Assembly (NCBI RefSeq): GCF_039654945.1
Contig: NW_027362015.1
Coordinates: forward strand, 992,001-1,056,000
Length of the DNA: 64,000 bases
Source: Dendrobates tinctorius
Taxonomy: Eukaryota
Direction: 5' to 3'
A program made the position numbers and the translations under genes. The notes under the pieces are model-generated. The model saw only the letters and a list, made by a program, of their open reading frames with translations, was not told where the DNA came from and searched no databases. Positions 1 to 10,546 of this stretch are shown here, in pieces (within the stretch, counting starts at the first letter, position 1; each line of letters starts with the position of its first letter).

Positions 1-210
1 GCAGCGCAGGTCAAAGCGCAACTAGCGCACGGCCTGCGCACGATCGGCGCACCCTATGCTAAAGATAGGGTGCGCCGATCGCAGGCGCCGCTGTCCGCTA
101 GGAGGCGGCGCTACAAGGAAGGGGCGGGCACGCCGGGCAGAGAGCCGGCTCGGGGGCGGAGCTACCCCCGGCCGTGCGCGCGCTGAAAATGCGCTAATGT
201 GAAACCGGCC
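1..210. mobile_element. Right part of a PIF/Harbinger-type MITE (cut by window start)
   Basis: Ends GTGAAACCGGCC followed by TTA, like the termini of the complete MITEs in this window. Confidence 0.55.
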
Positions 211-212
211 TT

Positions 213-478
213 ACATATACATATTTCACTACACACATACTGGTCGGTGACCGGGTCATACATGTACATATACACAGATACTGGCCGGTGACCGGGTCAT
301 ACATGTACATATACACATACTGGCCAGTGACTGGGTCATACATGTAAATATACACATACTGGACGGTGACCGGGTCATTCATGTACATATACAGATACTG
401 GCCGGTGACCGCGTCATACATGTACATATACACATACTGGCCGGTGACCGGGTCATACATGTACATATACAGATACCG
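213..478. repeat. 39-bp minisatellite, ~6 copies
   Basis: Unit CATACATGTACATATACACATACTGGCCGGTGACCGGGT. Confidence 0.9.
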
Positions 479-520
479 TGCCAACACAGACCACCCTCTG
501 ACACAGACTGCAGGGGGAGC

Positions 521-1295
521 AGAGTATCACACAGGATAGGATTAGATACACAGCTCAGCAGTCAGTATCACACAGGAGAGGATTAGATACATGGCTCAGC
601 AGACATTATCACACAGGATAGGATTAGATACACGGCTCAGCAGTCAGTATCACACAGGATTGGATTAGATACACGTCTCAGCAGTCAGTATCACACAGGA
701 GAGGATTAGATACACGGCTCAGCAGTCAGTATCACACAGGAGAAGGATTAGATACACGGCTCAGCAGTCAGTATCACACAGGAGAAGGATTAGATACACG
801 TCTCAGCAGTCAGTATCACACAGGATAGGATTAGATACACGTCTCAGCAGTCAGTATCACAGGAGAGGATTAGATACACGGCTCAGCAGTCAGTATCACA
901 CAGGAGAGGATTATATACACAGCTCAGCAGTCAGTATCACACAGGATAGGATTAGATACACGTCTCAGCAGTCAGTATCACAGGAGAGGATTAGATACAC
1001 GGCTCAGCAGTCAGTATCACACAGGAGATGGATTAGATACACGGCTCAGCAGTCAGTATCACACAGGAGATGGATTAGATACACGGCTCAGCAGTCAGTA
1101 TCACACAGGATAGGATTAGATACACGTCTCAGCAGTCAGTATCACACAGGATAGGATTAGAAACACGTCTCAGCAGTCAGTATCACAGGAGAGGATTAGA
1201 TACAGGGCTCAGCAGTCAGTATCACACAGGAGAGGATTATATACACAGCTCAGCAGACAGTATCACACAGGATAGGGTTAGATACACAGCTCAGA
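521..1295. repeat. 41-bp minisatellite, ~19 copies
   Basis: Unit CAGTATCACACAGGATAGGATTAGATACACGGCTCAGCAGT. Confidence 0.95.
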
Positions 1296-1296
1296 A

Positions 1297-3108
1297 ACAG
1301 GCTGTGCCAAAGGAGAGGACATTTTCATTCCAAAAATTCCACTCATTCCATCTGATTTGTTTTTTTATTTTAAACGCCTCCAGTTTCCAGTTCAACTGCT
1401 ATTTGCAATGTCCATTAACAATGCTCAGGGACAATCCTTGAAAGTAGTAGGGATCGATTTGCAATCTCCATGCTATTCTCATGGTCAACACTACTCTGTC
1501 CTCCTCCTCCTGGACCTGTCGGCTGCCTTTGACACAGTGGACCATTCCCTATTATTACAGACCCTCTCATCCCTCGGCATCACAGACTTGGCCCTCTCCT
1601 GGATCTCATCATACCTAACAGACCGGACATTCAGCGTCTCCCACTCACACACCACCTCCTCACCTCGCCCCCTATCTGTCGGAGTCCCACAAGGTTCAGT
1701 CCTTGGGCCCCTGCTGTTCTCTATTTACACCTTTGGCCTGGGACAGCTCATAGAATCTCATGGCTTTCAGTATCATCTTTATGCTGATGACACACAGATC
1801 TACATCTCTGGACCAGATATCACCTCCCTACTAACCAGAATCCCTCAATGTCTGTCCACTATTTCATCCTTCTTCTCCACTAGATATCTGAAACTCAACA
1901 TGGACAAAACAGAATTCATCATCTTTCCCCCATCTCACGTGACCCCCCCTACGAACCTATCAATTACAGTAAATGGCTGCCCACTCTCCCCAGTCCCACA
2001 AGCTCGCTGCCTCGGAGTAATTCTTGACGCTGATCTCTCCTTCAAACCACATATCCAAACCCTTTCCACTTCCTGCCGACTTCAACTCAAAAATATTTCA
2101 CGCATCCGTTCATTCCTCACCCAAGAATCTGCAAAAACCCTAGTCCATGCCCTCATTATCTCTCGCCTTGACTACTGCAACCTCCTGCTCTGTGGCCTCC
2201 CCTCAAACACTCTCGCACCCCTCCAATCTATTCTAAACTCTGCTGCCCGACTAATCCACCTGTCCCCACGCTATTCCCCAGCTTCTCCCCTCTGTCAATC
2301 CCTTCACTGGCTCCCCATTGGACAGAGACTTCATTACAAAACCCTAACCATGACATACAAAGCCATCCACAACTTGTCTCCTCCATACACATACATCTGT
2401 GACCTCGTCTCCCGGTACTTTCCTGCACGCAACCTCCGATCCTCACAAGATCTCCTTCTCTACTCCTGTCTTATCTCCTCTTCCCACAATCGCATACAAG
2501 ATTTCTCTCGCGCATCACCCCTACTCTGGAACTCTCTACCACAACATATCAGACTCTCACCTACCATCGAAACCTTCAAAAAGAGCCTGAAGACCCACCT
2601 CTTCCGACAAGCCTATAACCTGCAGTAACCACAGATCGACCAAACCGCTGCACGACCAGCTCTACCCTCGCCTACTGTATTATCACCCATCCCTTGAAGA
2701 TTGTGAGCCCTCGCGGGCAGGGTCCTCTCTCCTCCTGTACCAGTTATGACTTGTATTGTTTAAGACTATTGTACTTGTTTTTATGTATACCGCTCCTCAC
2801 ATGTAAAGCGCCATGGAATAAATGGCGCTAGAACAATAAATAATAATAATAATAATAATAATAACTTTACGTGGCCTGTTGGAGCAGCCAAAAATCTGTT
2901 CATCTTTGCACCGAAAGGAAAAACCAAAAATCTTGAATGAGTTGAAAATAAAATACTATCAATACCTGGGTAATCGTTTAGTTAATTTGTGCTGCAGATC
3001 TGTAGTGTTGAATATATGATGTGAAATGTTTTTATGTGCAATATAATCATTATAATTTGCTATAACCACAGTTTACTATGCCCGGGCAACGCCGGGCTCT
3101 TCAGCTAG
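1297..3108 (+). mobile_element. Helitron 3' remnant (PIF1-type helicase C-terminus + 3' terminus), interrupted by an L2
   Basis: [47 protein letters not shown], resuming as LYVAC at 2865. 3' GC hairpin GCCCGG-GCAACG-CCGGGC (3080-3097), then CTAG (3105-3108) followed by T. Confidence 0.85.
1489..2864 (+). mobile_element. 5'-truncated L2 LINE (reverse transcriptase, open to 2628)
   Basis: [39 protein letters not shown] motifs; (TAA)n tail. Confidence 0.92.
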
Positions 3109-3574
3109 TATGTACATATACAGGCAGACCCTTCCCTTTTCCAGTGATTTCTGGTATTCTCTGCACACGTCCCCGCTGATAGTCACCTCCAGATCAAAAA
3201 TATTTCCAGAATCCGTCCTTTCCTCAACCCTCAATCTACTAAAATGCTTGTGCATGCCCTCACCATCTCCTGCCTCGACTACTGCAACATCCTTTTCTGT
3301 GGTCTCCCTGCTAACATCCTAGCACCTCTCCAGTCCATCCTTAACTCTGCCGCCCGACTAATTCATCTCTCTCCTCGCTACTCCTCCTCTTCTCCCCGCT
3401 ACAAATCTCTTCACTGGCTCCCATTCCCTCAGCGTATCCAGTTCAAATTACTAATACTGACCTACAAGGCCATCTACAACCTGTCTCCCACATATGTCTC
3501 TGAACTAATCTCCCGATATCTTCCCTCACACAATCTCCGGTCCTCCCAAGACCTCCTTCTCTCCTCCACACTTA

Positions 3575-3894
3575 GGCTATGTGCACACGCTGCGGATTCA
3601 CCTGCAGGTTTTTTCGCGCGGATCCGCAGGTAAAACCGCAGGTAAAGTGACCTGCGGTTTTCATGTGGATTAGCCTGTGGTTTTACACCTCTACTATGCT
3701 AAAGGTGTGAAACCGCTGTGGAATCCGCACAAACAATTGACATGCTGCGGTTTGTAAACCGCAGCAAAACTGTGCGGAAAAAAACACAGCGTGAGCACAG
3801 CGGATTTGAAATGCCATAGGCTAACATGGTACTGTGCCATGTCTGCAGAACTGCTGCGGAAACGCAGCAGAATCCGCAACGTGTGCACATAGCC
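3575..3894. mobile_element. PIF/Harbinger-type MITE
   Basis: TIR GGCTATGTGCACACG...CGTGTGCACATAGCC with TTA target duplication. Confidence 0.88.
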
Positions 3895-4057
3895 TTATTC
3901 GCTCCTCACCCAACCGCCTCCAAGACTTCTCCCGAATAGCCCCTATTCTCTAGAATTCTTTGCCCCAACACGTCCGGCTATCATCCACACTCGGATCCTT
4001 CAGACGGAACCTGAAAACCCATCTCTTCAGGAAAGCCTACAGCCTGCAATGACCCCG

Positions 4058-5303
4058 CTGCCTCCTCACCATCACTGGAGCTGCCTCCTCACCATCACTG
4101 GAGCTGCCGCCTCACCATCACTGGAGCTGCCGCCTCACCATCACTGGAGCTGCCGCCTCACCATCACTGGAGCTGCCGCCTCACCATCACTGGAGCTGCC
4201 GCCTCACCATCACTGGAGCTGCCGCCTCACCATCACTGGAGCTGCCTCCTCACCATCACTGGAGCTGCCTCCTCACCATCACTGGAGCTGCCGCCTCACC
4301 ATCACTGGAGCTGCCGCCTCACCATCACTGGAGCTGCCGCCTCACCATCACTGGAGCTGCCGCCTCACCATCACTGGAGCTGCCTCCTCACCATCACTGG
4401 AGCTGCCTCCTCACCATCACTGGAGCTGCCTCCTCACCATCACTGGAGCTGCCTCCTCACCATCACTGGAGCTGCCTCCTCACCATCACTGGAGCTGCCG
4501 CCTCACCATCACTGGAGCTGCCTCCTCACCATCACTGGAGCTGCCTCCTCACCATCACTGGAGCTGCCGCCTCACCATCACTGGAGCTGCCGCCTCACCA
4601 TCACTGGAGCTGCCGCCTCACCATCACTGGAGCTGCCGCCTCACCATCACTGGAGCTGCCTCCTCACCATCACTGGAGCTGCCTCCTCACCATCACTGGA
4701 GCTGCCTCCTCACCATCACTGGAGCTGCCGCCTCACCATCACTGGAGCTGCCTCCTCACCATCACTGGAGCTGCCTCCTCACCATCACTGGAGCTGCCTC
4801 CTCACCATCACTGGAGCTGCCGCCTCACCATCACTGGAGCTGCCGCCTCACCATCACTGGAGCTGCCGCCTCACCATCACTGGAGCTGCCTCCTCACCAT
4901 CACTGGAGCTGCCTCCTCACCATCACTGGAGCTGCCGCCTCACCATCACTGGAGCTGCCTCCTCACCATCACTGGAGCTGCCTCCTCACCATCACTGGAG
5001 CTGCCTCCTCACCATCACTGGAGCTGCCTCCTCACCATCACTGGAGCTGCCGCCTCACCATCACTGGAGCTGCCGCCTCACCATCACTGGAGCTGCCTCC
5101 TCACCATCACTGGAGCTGCCTCCTCACCATCACTGGAGCTGCCTCCTCACCATCACTGGAGCTGCCGCCTCACCATCACTGGAGCTGCCGCCTCACCATC
5201 ACTGGAGCTGCCTCCTCACCATCACTGGAGCTGCCGCCTCACCATCACTGGAGCTGCCTCCTCACCATCACTGGAGCTGCCTCCTCACCATCACTGGAGC
5301 TGC
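4058..5303. repeat. 23-bp minisatellite, ~54 copies, inside the L2 3' UTR
   Basis: Unit CTGGAGCTGCC(T/G)CCTCACCATCA. Confidence 0.97.
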
Positions 5304-5579
5304 TGCAGCCCCCCAGCCTACTGTCTCTTCCCCACCATCCTGTAGCATGTAAGCCCCCGAGCAGGGTCCTCTCCCCTCTGTATCAGTCTGTGATTGTTAG
5401 TTACTGTAAGTGATATCTGTAATTTGTATGTAACCCCTTCTCATGTACAGCACCATGGAATCACTGGGGCTATAGAAATAATAATAACCGTACAGCGCTG
5501 CGGTATAAGCCGGCGACATACACATTACTACTACAAACATACATGGTATGAGGGTAACTACCATTAGAAACCTCGTTAT

Positions 5580-5947
5580 TAGATACCTGGGCCCCTCAGG
5601 GTCTGCACTCTCCGCTCCTGGGGGTCCTGACAATCTGCACACAGGTTGCGGGCCACAACGCACTGGTCGCCGCCATCTTGGTGTGCGGTGACGCGCTGCG
5701 CATGCGTGCTCCTCCACCTTACTGCGCAGCCGCAGACTTTTCTTGAGGAGACTACTGCCGCCAATCACTTCTCTCTCGCCACTACCAAGATGGCGTCCGG
5801 CAGAGCAGAGGGCGGAGGCGGCACTGGACGGTCATTTCCGGTTTGTTAGCCGAACACACACGTGTTCCTGGCCGGTATCCTGCGCTCCTGTAATCCGGAA
5901 CCCAACCGGCTGCTATACCGGCAGAAAACAACCGAAGCAACGGAACC
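5580..5947. promoter_or_regulatory. CpG-rich, probably bidirectional BOP1 promoter
   Basis: Divergent YY1 motifs (CAAGATGGCGGC on - at 5669-5680; CAAGATGGCGTC on + at 5786-5797). Also NRF1-like TGCGCATGCG at 5697-5706, CCAAT at 5761-5765, a GC box near 5810 and ETS TTCCGG near 5837. Confidence 0.75.
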
Positions 5948-5980
5948 ATGAAGAGGCGGAGCACGGAGAGCGCGAAGCCG
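5948..5980 (+). CDS. BOP1: BOP1 coding exon 1 (MKRRSTESAKP)
   Basis: ATG in Kozak-like context GAACCATGA at the end of a CpG-rich promoter. Donor CCG|GTGAGG at 5981 in phase 0 joins exon 2 in frame. An MKR start resembles amphibian Bop1 as recalled. Confidence 0.75.
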
Positions 5981-6001
5981 GTGAGGAGAAAGGAGACGTG
6001 A

Positions 6002-9000
6002 CCCCCCCCTGTACCGAGAATTCCCCCCCCCCCCCGTACCGAGAATTTCCCCCCCCCCCCCCCCCGTACCGAGGAGAATGTCCTCCCTCCCCCCCTGTAC
6101 CGAGGAGAATGTCCTCCCTCCCCCCCCTGTACCGAGGAGAATGTCCTCCCCCCCCCCCCTGTACCGAGGAGAATGTCCTCCCTCCCCCCCTGTACCGAGG
6201 AGAATGTCCTCCCTCCCCCCCTGCACTGAGGAGAATGTCCTCCCTCCCCCCCTGTACCGAGGAGAATGTCCTCCCCCCCCCCCCCCTGTACCGAGGAGAA
6301 TGTCCTCCCCCCCCCCCCTGTACCGAGGAGAATGTCCTCCCTCCCCCCCCCTGTACCGAGGAGAATGTCCTCCCCCCCCCCCCCCCTGTACCGAGGAGAA
6401 TGTCCTCCCTCCCCCCCCCTGTACCGAGGAGAATGTCCTCCCCCCCCTCCCCCCCTGCACTGAGGAGAATGTCCTCCCTCCCCCCCTGCACTGAGGAGAA
6501 TGTCCTCCCTCCCCCCCTGCACTGAGGAGAATGTCCTCCCTCCCCCCCTGCACTGAGGAGAATGTCCTCCCTCCCCCCCTGCACTGAGGAGAATGTCCTC
6601 CCTCCCCCCCTGCACTGAGGAGAATGTCCTCCCTCCCCCCCTGCACTGAGGAGAATGTCCTCCCTCCCCCCCTGCACTGAGGAGAATGTCCTCCCTCCCC
6701 CCCTGCACTGAGGAGAATGTCTGTCCTCCCCCCCCCCCCTGTACCGAGGAGAATGTCTGTCCTCCCCCCCCCCTGTACCGAGGAGAATGTCCTCCCTCCC
6801 CCCCTGTACCGAGGAGAATGTCCTCCCTCCCCCCCCCCTGTACCGAGGAGAATGTCCTCCCTCCCCCCCCCCTGTACCGAGGAGAATGTCCTCCCTCCCC
6901 CCCCCCTGTACCGAGGAGAATGTCCTCCCTCCCCCCCCCCTGTACCGAGGAGAATGTCCTCCCTCCCCCCCCCCTGTACCGAGGAGAATGTCCTCCCTCC
7001 CCCCCCCCTGTACCGAGGAGAATGTCCTCCCTCCCCCCCCCCTGTACCGAGGAGAATGTCCTCCCTCCCCCCCCCCTGTACCGAGGAGAATGTCCTCCCT
7101 CCCCCCCCCCTGTACCGAGGAGAATGTCCTCCCTCCCCCCCCCCTGTACCGAGGAGAATGTCCTCCCTCCCCCCCCCCTGTACCGAGGAGAATGTCCTCC
7201 CTCCCCCCCCCCTGTACCGAGGAGAATGTCCTCCCTCCCCCCCCCCTGTACCGAGGAGAATGTCCTCCCTCCCCCCCCCCTGTACCGAGGAGAATGTCCT
7301 CCCTCCCCCCCCCCTGTACCGAGGAGAATGTCCTCCCTCCCCCCCCCCTGTACCGAGGAGAATGTCCTCCCTCCCCCCCCCCTGTACCGAGGAGAATGTC
7401 CTCCCTCCCCCCCCCCTGTACCGAGGAGAATGTCCTCCCTCCCCCCCCCCTGTACCGAGGAGAATGTCCTCCCTCCCCCCCCCCTGTACCGAGGAGAATG
7501 TCCTCCCTCCCCCCCCCCTGTACCGAGGAGAATGTCCTCCCTCCCCCCCCCCTGTACCGAGGAGAATGTCCTCCCTCCCCCCCCCCTGTACCGAGGAGAA
7601 TGTCCTCCCTCCCCCCCCCCTGTACCGAGGAGAATGTCCTCCCTCCCCCCCCCCTGTACCGAGGAGAATGTCCTCCCTCCCCCCCCCCTGTACCGAGGAG
7701 AATGTCCTCCCTCCCCCCCCCCTGTACCGAGGAGAATGTCCTCCCTCCCCCCCCCCTGTACCGAGGAGAATGTCCTCCCTCCCCCCCCCCTGTACCGAGG
7801 AGAATGTCCTCCCTCCCCCCCCCCTGTACCGAGGAGAATGTCCTCCCTCCCCCCCCCCTGTACCGAGGAGAATGTCCTCCCTCCCCCCCCCCTGTACCGA
7901 GGAGAATGTCCTCCCTCCCCCCCCCCTGTACCGAGGAGAATGTCCTCCCTCCCCCCCCCCTGTACCGAGGAGAATGTCCTCCCTCCCCCCCCCCTGTACC
8001 GAGGAGAATGTCCTCCCTCCCCCCCCCCTGTACCGAGGAGAATGTCCTCCCTCCCCCCCCCCTGTACCGAGGAGAATGTCCTCCCTCCCCCCCCCCTGTA
8101 CCGAGGAGAATGTCCTCCCTCCCCCCCCCCTGTACCGAGGAGAATGTCCTCCCTCCCCCCCCCCTGTACCGAGGAGAATGTCCTCCCTCCCCCCCCCCTG
8201 TACCGAGGAGAATGTCCTCCCTCCCCCCCCCCTGTACCGAGGAGAATGTCCTCCCTCCCCCCCCCCTGTACCGAGGAGAATGTCCTCCCTCCCCCCCCCC
8301 TGTACCGAGGAGAATGTCCTCCCTCCCCCCCCCCTGTACCGAGGAGAATGTCCTCCCTCCCCCCCCCCTGTACCGAGGAGAATGTCCTCCCTCCCCCCCC
8401 CCTGTACCGAGGAGAATGTCCTCCCTCCCCCCCCCCTGTACCGAGGAGAATGTCCTCCCTCCCCCCCCCCTGTACCGAGGAGAATGTCCTCCCTCCCCCC
8501 CCCCTGTACCGAGGAGAATGTCCTCCCTCCCCCCCCCCTGTACCGAGGAGAATGTCCTCCCTCCCCCCCCCCTGTACCGAGGAGAATGTCCTCCCTCCCC
8601 CCCCCTGTACCGAGGAGAATGTCCTCCCTCCCCCCCCCCTGTACCGAGGAGAATGTCCTCCCTCCCCCCCCCCTGTACCGAGGAGAATGTCCTCCCTCCC
8701 CCCCCCCCTGTACCGAGGAGAATGTCCTCCCTCCCCCCCCCCCCTGTACCGAGGAGAATGTCCTCCCTCCCCCCCCCCCTGTACCGAGGAGAATGTCCTC
8801 CCTCCCCCCCCCCTGTACCGAGGAGAATGTCCTCCCTCCCCCCCCCCTGTACCGAGGAGAATGTCCTCCCTCCCCCCCCCCTGTACCGAGGAGAATGTCC
8901 TCCCTCCCCCCCCCCTGCACCGAGGAGAATGTCCTCCCTCCCCCCCCCCTGCACCGAGGAGAATGTCCTCCCTCCCCCCCCCCTGCACCGAGGAGAATGT

Positions 9001-9812
9001 CCTCCCTCCCCCCCCCCTGCACCGAGGAGAATGTCCTCCCTCCCCCCCCCCTGCACCGAGGAGAATGTCCTCCCTCCCCCCCCCCTGCACCGAGGAGAAT
9101 GTCCTCCCTCCCCCCCCCCTGCACCGAGGAGAATGTCCTCCCTCCCCCCCCCCTCCACCGAGGAGAATGTCCTCCCTCCCCCCCCCCTCCACCGAGGAGA
9201 ATGTCCTCCCTCCCCACCCTGCACCGAGGAGAATGTCCTCCCTCCCCCCCCTGCACCGAGGAGAATGTCCTCCCCCCCCCCTCCCCCCCTGCACCGAGGA
9301 GAATGTCCTCCCCCCCCCCCTCCCCCCTTGTACCGAGGAGAATGTCCTCCCCCCCCCCCTCCCCCCTTGTACCGAGGAGAATGTTCTCCCCCCCCCCTCC
9401 CCCCCTGTACCGAGGAGAATGTCCTCCCCCCCCCCCTCCCCCCCTGTACCGAGGAGAATGTCCTCCCCCCCCCCCTCCCCCCCTGTACCGAGGAGAATGT
9501 CCTCCCCCCCCCCTCCCCCCCTGTACCGAGGAGAATGTCCTCCCCCCCTGTACCGAGGAGAATGTCCTCCCCCCCCCCCTCCCCCCCTGTACCGAGGAGA
9601 ATGTCCTCCCCCCCCTCCCCCCCCCCCCTGTACCGAGGAGAATGTCCTCCCCCCCCCCCCTGTACCGAGGAGAATGTCCTCCCCCCCCCCCCTGCACAGA
9701 GGAGAATGTCCTCCCCCCCCCCCCCTTCTCTGTACTGAGGAGAATGTTCTCCCCCCCCCCCACCTCTCGCTGTACTGAGGAGAATGTCCTCCCCCCCCCC
9801 CCCTCTTATACT
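6002..9812. repeat. ~34-bp C-rich minisatellite, ~110 copies, filling BOP1 intron 1
   Basis: Unit TGTACCGAGGAGAATGTCCTCCCT(C)10. Confidence 0.97.
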
Positions 9813-9853
9813 GAGGCCTCCCGTGTATAATTTGCTGTCTCTCCTTCCTGCAG

Positions 9854-9988
9854 GGGGCGCTGTTCGGGGAGGGCGCGGTGCTGAGTGATGCTGATGAGTC
9901 GGACCTCAGTGACAGTGAGGAGAGTCAGTACTCCGGGCTGGAGGACTCCGCCACTGACAGCAGCGAGGAGGTTGAGGATGAGGACGCG
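9854..9988 (+). CDS. BOP1: BOP1 exon 2 (GALFGEGAVLSDADESDLSDSEESQYSGLEDSATDSSEEVEDEDA)
   Basis: Pyrimidine tract + CAG acceptor and GTAAGT donor; 135 nt. Contains the acidic Bop1 motif SDSEESxxSGLEDS. Confidence 0.92.
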
Positions 9989-10546
9989 GTAAGTCAGCCA
10001 TGTTTACAGGCCCCGTCTTCTCATACTGCAGCCATCATCTCTACAAGCTGCTCATAGAAAGACGGTTCTGCTGCGTTCTTGTTGTCTCTTGTGCATGCTG
10101 ATAACGTTTAGGGCCCCAAACAATCATTCTGCACCTTCCTTAAAGAGATTGTCCCCTACTAGGACAGACATCCCCTCCTCATACCCCTCACCTATACTCT
10201 GCTCCCGTGCCAGCGCCGTTCCTGCAGTGTCCGTGCTCGCTATCCCTGGGGTGCTGCTGTCGTGATCCCGGCGCCCAATCAGCGCTGGCGTCACGGTCTC
10301 CACCTGCTGTCGAATTGAGCAGGAAGCAGAAGTCTGAGATCAGCTGGAGCCCGGACTTCATGTTCAATGTGTTCAAAGGCGGAGACAGTGACGCCGCTGC
10401 TGATGAGTTTGCCGGGGTAACACCAGCAACACGAGAGCCCCGGGCTGCAAGTGCCGGCATTCCGGGAACAGCGCCGCCACGATAGGTGAGCATAGGCTTT
10501 ATGCACCAGAATCGGAGCAAAACCTGATATCTGCATGTTATGTTGC

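Larger units (their letters stand above)
3184..5488 (+). mobile_element. Second degenerate L2 3' fragment, interrupted by a MITE and a minisatellite
   Basis: [24 protein letters not shown]; 3' UTR resumes at ~5303 and ends in an AATAATAATAA tail. Confidence 0.85.

Noticed and set aside
1-5580. HSF1 coding exons expected head-to-head with BOP1
   Set aside because: No HSF DNA-binding-domain sequence is visible; the region is explained by repeats.
5743-9830. 1000-1300-aa Pro- or Gly-rich ORFs in all six frames
   Set aside because: They are translations of the stop-free 34-bp minisatellite within BOP1 intron 1.
10140-10500. TTAAAGAG start resembling a Kolobok/T2-type MITE
   Set aside because: No matching second terminus or TSD found.
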